A program made the translations under genes and the position numbers. DNA of 64,000 nt from Burkholderiales bacterium (GTDB taxonomy: Bacteria > Pseudomonadota > Gammaproteobacteria > Burkholderiales > SG8-41). The number at the start of each line of letters is the position of its first letter. Positions within the stretch are counted from its first letter, which is position 1. The notes below the pieces were generated by a model. It searched no databases, was not told the DNA's origin, and worked only from the letters and a program-made list of their open reading frames with translations. Positions 61,291-64,000 of the stretch are shown here, piece after piece. The stretch is from assembly GCA_030833315.1 (NCBI GenBank), contig JAURHM010000004.1, positions 6,720 through 70,719 on the forward strand. Reading direction: 5' to 3'.

Positions 61291-63006
61291 ATGAAAACCA
61301 TCAAGACCGACATCCTGATCCTCGGCTCCGGCGGCGCCGGCCTGTTCGCCGCGCTGCATGCCCATCAGCACAACCCCGACCTGTCCATTACCGTTGCCGT
61401 GAAAGGTCTGCTTGGCAAAAGCGGCTGCACGCGCATGGTGCAGGGCGGCTACAACGTCGCGCTGGCTGAAGGTGATTCGGTCGAGCGCCATTTCATGGAC
61501 ACCATCGAAGGCGGCAAGTGGCTGCCCGACCAGGACCTGGCGTGGACGCTGGTGGAAACCGCGGTCGAGCGTATCCATGAACTTGAAAACGAACTCGGCT
61601 GCTTTTTTGACCGTAATCCCGACGGCACGATTCACCAGAAGGCCTTCGCAGGGCAGACGTTCGATCGCACCGTACACAAGGGTGACCTGACCGGTATCGA
61701 AATCATCAATCGCCTCGCCGAACAGGTGTGGGCGCGCGGCATCAGCCGGCTGGAAGAGCATCGCGCCGTCGAGTTCATCAAGAACAGCGACGGTTCGGCG
61801 GTTTCCGGCGTGCTTATGATCGACATGCGCAGCGGCGAGTTCACCTTCGTGCAGGCCCAGGCCGTACTGCTGGCCACCGGCGGCGGGCCGACGATGTACA
61901 AGTACCACACGCCTTCCGGCGACAAGAGCTGCGACGGCATGGCGATGGCAATGCGCGCCGGGCTGCAGTTGCGCGACATGGAGATGGTGCAGTTCCACCC
62001 GACCGGCCTGATTGCCGGCATGGATACGCGGATCACCGGCACCATCATCGAAGAAGGTCTGCGCGGCGCCGGCGGTTACCTGCTCAACGGCGACGGTGAG
62101 CGTTTCATGCACAAGTACGATCCGCGCAACGAACGTGCGACACGCGACATCGTCAGCCGCGGCATGTTTGAGGAAATGCGCGCCGGCCGTGTCGGTCCGC
62201 GCGGCGGCCTCTATATCACCATGCGCCATCTCGATCCGGTGATGGTGCGCAAGGAATTCAAGGGCATGGTCGAGCGCTGTGCCGACTGCGGTTTTGACCT
62301 GGTAGGCGGACTCGCCGACGTGGTGCCGACCGCGCATTACATGATGGGCGGCGTGGTGTTCAAAACCGACTGCACGACCGATCTGCACGGTTTGTTCGTC
62401 GCCGGCGAGGATTCGGGTGGCGTGCACGGCGCTAACCGCCTCGGCGGCAACGGCGTGGCCAACTCCACGGTGTTCGGCGGCATCGCCGGTGACGTGATGC
62501 CGGGCTGGGTCAAGGCCAACGGCGAATTCCGCGCACCCGATCAGGAGGCGATCGACGCTGCCATCGCCCGCTGCCAGGCGCCGCTGTCGCGCAAGGGCGG
62601 CGATCTCAATGCGATCCGTGAACGGCTGTACAACGTGATGTGGGATGACGTCGGCATCGTTCGCGATGCCGCGTCACTGGTGCGGGCCGAAGGGCTGCTG
62701 GATGAACTCGATGCCCAGCTCGATACGGTCGGCATCAACGGTTCAACCCTGGCCTTCAATCTGACCTGGCATGACTGGCTCAATCTGAAAAATCTGGTCA
62801 TGGTGTCAAAGTCGATCCGCTTTGCAGCGATGGCACGCGAGGACTCCCGCGGCGCTCACTTCCGCGCCGACCACCCTGATGTACGTGATCTTGAGAACTC
62901 GCGCTACACCTGCGTCGGCTGGCAGGACGGCCGTTTCAACATCGAAACGCGACCGGTCAAATTCACCCGGGTCAAACCCGGCGAGTCCCTGCTGACGGCT
63001 GGCTGA
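61291..63006 (+). CDS. succinate dehydrogenase/fumarate reductase-type FAD flavoprotein subunit
   Basis: DILILGSGGAGLFAAL, FHPTG, EGLRGAGGYLLNGDGERFM, AHYMMGGV, ANRLGGNG. Starts 6 nt after the hydro-lyase beta gene. Confidence 0.88.
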   Translation: MKTIKTDILILGSGGAGLFAALHAHQHNPDLSITVAVKGLLGKSGCTRMVQGGYNVALAEGDSVERHFMDTIEGGKWLPDQDLAWTLVETAVERIHELENELGCFFDRNPDGTIHQKAFAGQTFDRTVHKGDLTGIEIINRLAEQVWARGISRLEEHRAVEFIKNSDGSAVSGVLMIDMRSGEFTFVQAQAVLLATGGGPTMYKYHTPSGDKSCDGMAMAMRAGLQLRDMEMVQFHPTGLIAGMDTRITGTIIEEGLRGAGGYLLNGDGERFMHKYDPRNERATRDIVSRGMFEEMRAGRVGPRGGLYITMRHLDPVMVRKEFKGMVERCADCGFDLVGGLADVVPTAHYMMGGVVFKTDCTTDLHGLFVAGEDSGGVHGANRLGGNGVANSTVFGGIAGDVMPGWVKANGEFRAPDQEAIDAAIARCQAPLSRKGGDLNAIRERLYNVMWDDVGIVRDAASLVRAEGLLDELDAQLDTVGINGSTLAFNLTWHDWLNLKNLVMVSKSIRFAAMAREDSRGAHFRADHPDVRDLENSRYTCVGWQDGRFNIETRPVKFTRVKPGESLLTAG

Positions 63007-63098
63007 ATCCGCAGCAGTATCAGCTGTTTGATTTTTCCGGGCCGGCGGGAGAGACTCCCGGTCCGGTATCACATAAAACCCAGTCTGGAGGACACATT

Positions 63099-64000
63099 AT
63101 GGCCCGTTCCATTTCGCTCGGCATTGCGCTGACCGCTGCAGCCTTCGCAGGTGCCCTTGTCGCGACATCATCCGGTGCCCAGGAATTTCCGACCCGCAGC
63201 GTCCGCATGATCCTGCCCTTCCCGGCGGGCGGTGGCAGTGATCTGGTCGCGCGCATCATCGCGCAGAAGTATTCCCAACAGCTCGGCCAGCAGGTGGTCG
63301 TCGATAACCGTGCCGGCGCCAGCGGCAACATCGCTGCCGATCTCGCGTCAAAGGCCCCCGCAGACGGCTATACGATTTTTTTCGCCAACTCGTCGATCTC
63401 GATCAGCCCGGCGATCTATAAAAAACTGTCCTTTGATCCGGTGAAGGACTTCTCGGCGATCTCGATGGCTTCGTCTTACCCCTTTGTGCTGGTCGCGCAT
63501 CCCGCGCTGCCGGTGAAAAGCGTAAAAGACCTTGTCGCACTGGCCAAGGGCAAGCCTAATTCGCTGGATTATTCCTCGGCCGGAACCGGCACGATGTCGC
63601 ATATGGCAATGGAAATGCTGCGCGTCAAAACCGGTACCCGCATCATCCACCTGCCGTACAAGGGCGCAGCCCCGGCGACGGTCGCCTTGCTCACCGGTGA
63701 ATCGCAGGTCGCCTTTGTCGTGATGCCTGTGGCGGCGCCGCATATCGCGGGCAACCGCCTGCGCGGACTGGGCGTGGCCGACAAGGTGCGCTCGGCGGTG
63801 GCGCCGAACGTGCCGACGATGATCGAAGCCGGTGTCCCCGATCACGTGGCGGTGCAGTGGAACGGTCTGCTGGTGCCGTCGAAAACGCCGCAGGCCATCC
63901 AGGACAAGCTCTATAAGGAATGGGTTGCTGCAGTGAAATCACCCGACGTCGTGCAGCGCATTCGTGCCGAAGGCGCGGAACCCAGCGGCAACACGCCGGC
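63099..64000 (+). CDS. tripartite tricarboxylate transporter substrate-binding protein (Bug/TctC family), 3' end beyond window
   Basis: Not in the ORF track because there is no stop in the window. ATG 63099 follows GGAGGA. MARSISLGIALTAAAFAGALVATSSGAQEFPTRSVRMILPFPAGGGSDLVAR. Frame stays open to nt 64000. Confidence 0.85.
   Translation, partial: MARSISLGIALTAAAFAGALVATSSGAQEFPTRSVRMILPFPAGGGSDLVARIIAQKYSQQLGQQVVVDNRAGASGNIAADLASKAPADGYTIFFANSSISISPAIYKKLSFDPVKDFSAISMASSYPFVLVAHPALPVKSVKDLVALAKGKPNSLDYSSAGTGTMSHMAMEMLRVKTGTRIIHLPYKGAAPATVALLTGESQVAFVVMPVAAPHIAGNRLRGLGVADKVRSAVAPNVPTMIEAGVPDHVAVQWNGLLVPSKTPQAIQDKLYKEWVAAVKSPDVVQRIRAEGAEPSGNTP

Noticed and set aside
63042-63066. Hairpin after the flavoprotein gene (CCGG-CGGGAG-AGA-CTCCCG-G-T-CCGG)
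   Set aside because: No T-run follows and the next gene starts about 33 nt later on the same strand. Not called as a terminator.

Overview
GC-rich, almost entirely coding chromosomal segment. Its gene content and synteny look betaproteobacterial, but I cannot place it more precisely without a database search. The centre (about 6.8-49.8 kb) is conserved housekeeping DNA. It holds the dolP-diaA-yraN-lpoA/rsmI envelope block, pyrC, chaC and an RNase P RNA gene. A complete dcw cell-division/cell-wall cluster follows (mraZ-rsmH-ftsL-ftsI-murE-murF-mraY-murD-ftsW-murG-murC-murB-ddl-ftsQ-ftsA-ftsZ-lpxC) with a readable Pmra promoter and MraZ boxes. After that come a DUF721/DciA-like gene, an M23 peptidase, secA, argJ, a DUF815 ATPase, a MutT-ThiE-like fusion, yacG-zapD-coaE-pilD-pilC, corC/ypjD, ffh, a nitroreductase and the rpsP-rimM-trmD-rplS operon. 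Two flanking regions are more accessory in character. (i) nt 1-6843 is an eight-gene, fully translationally coupled lipid-modification cluster (FAD oxidoreductase/DUF1365/CFA-synthase-like plus accessory proteins). (ii) nt 51.5-64 kb is a GntR-controlled, 12-gene same-strand cluster. It combines a rearranged complex-II-like quinone dehydrogenase, a two-subunit Fe-S hydro-lyase, a split UxaA/SuyAB-type dehydratase, a TPP enzyme, a signal-less Cys-type sulfatase and two TctC/Bug binding proteins. This cluster is my best candidate for an undescribed catabolic system. I saw no rRNA, tRNA, CRISPR array, transposase, integrase or prophage genes. All functional calls come from reading motifs and synteny by eye; no searches were run.
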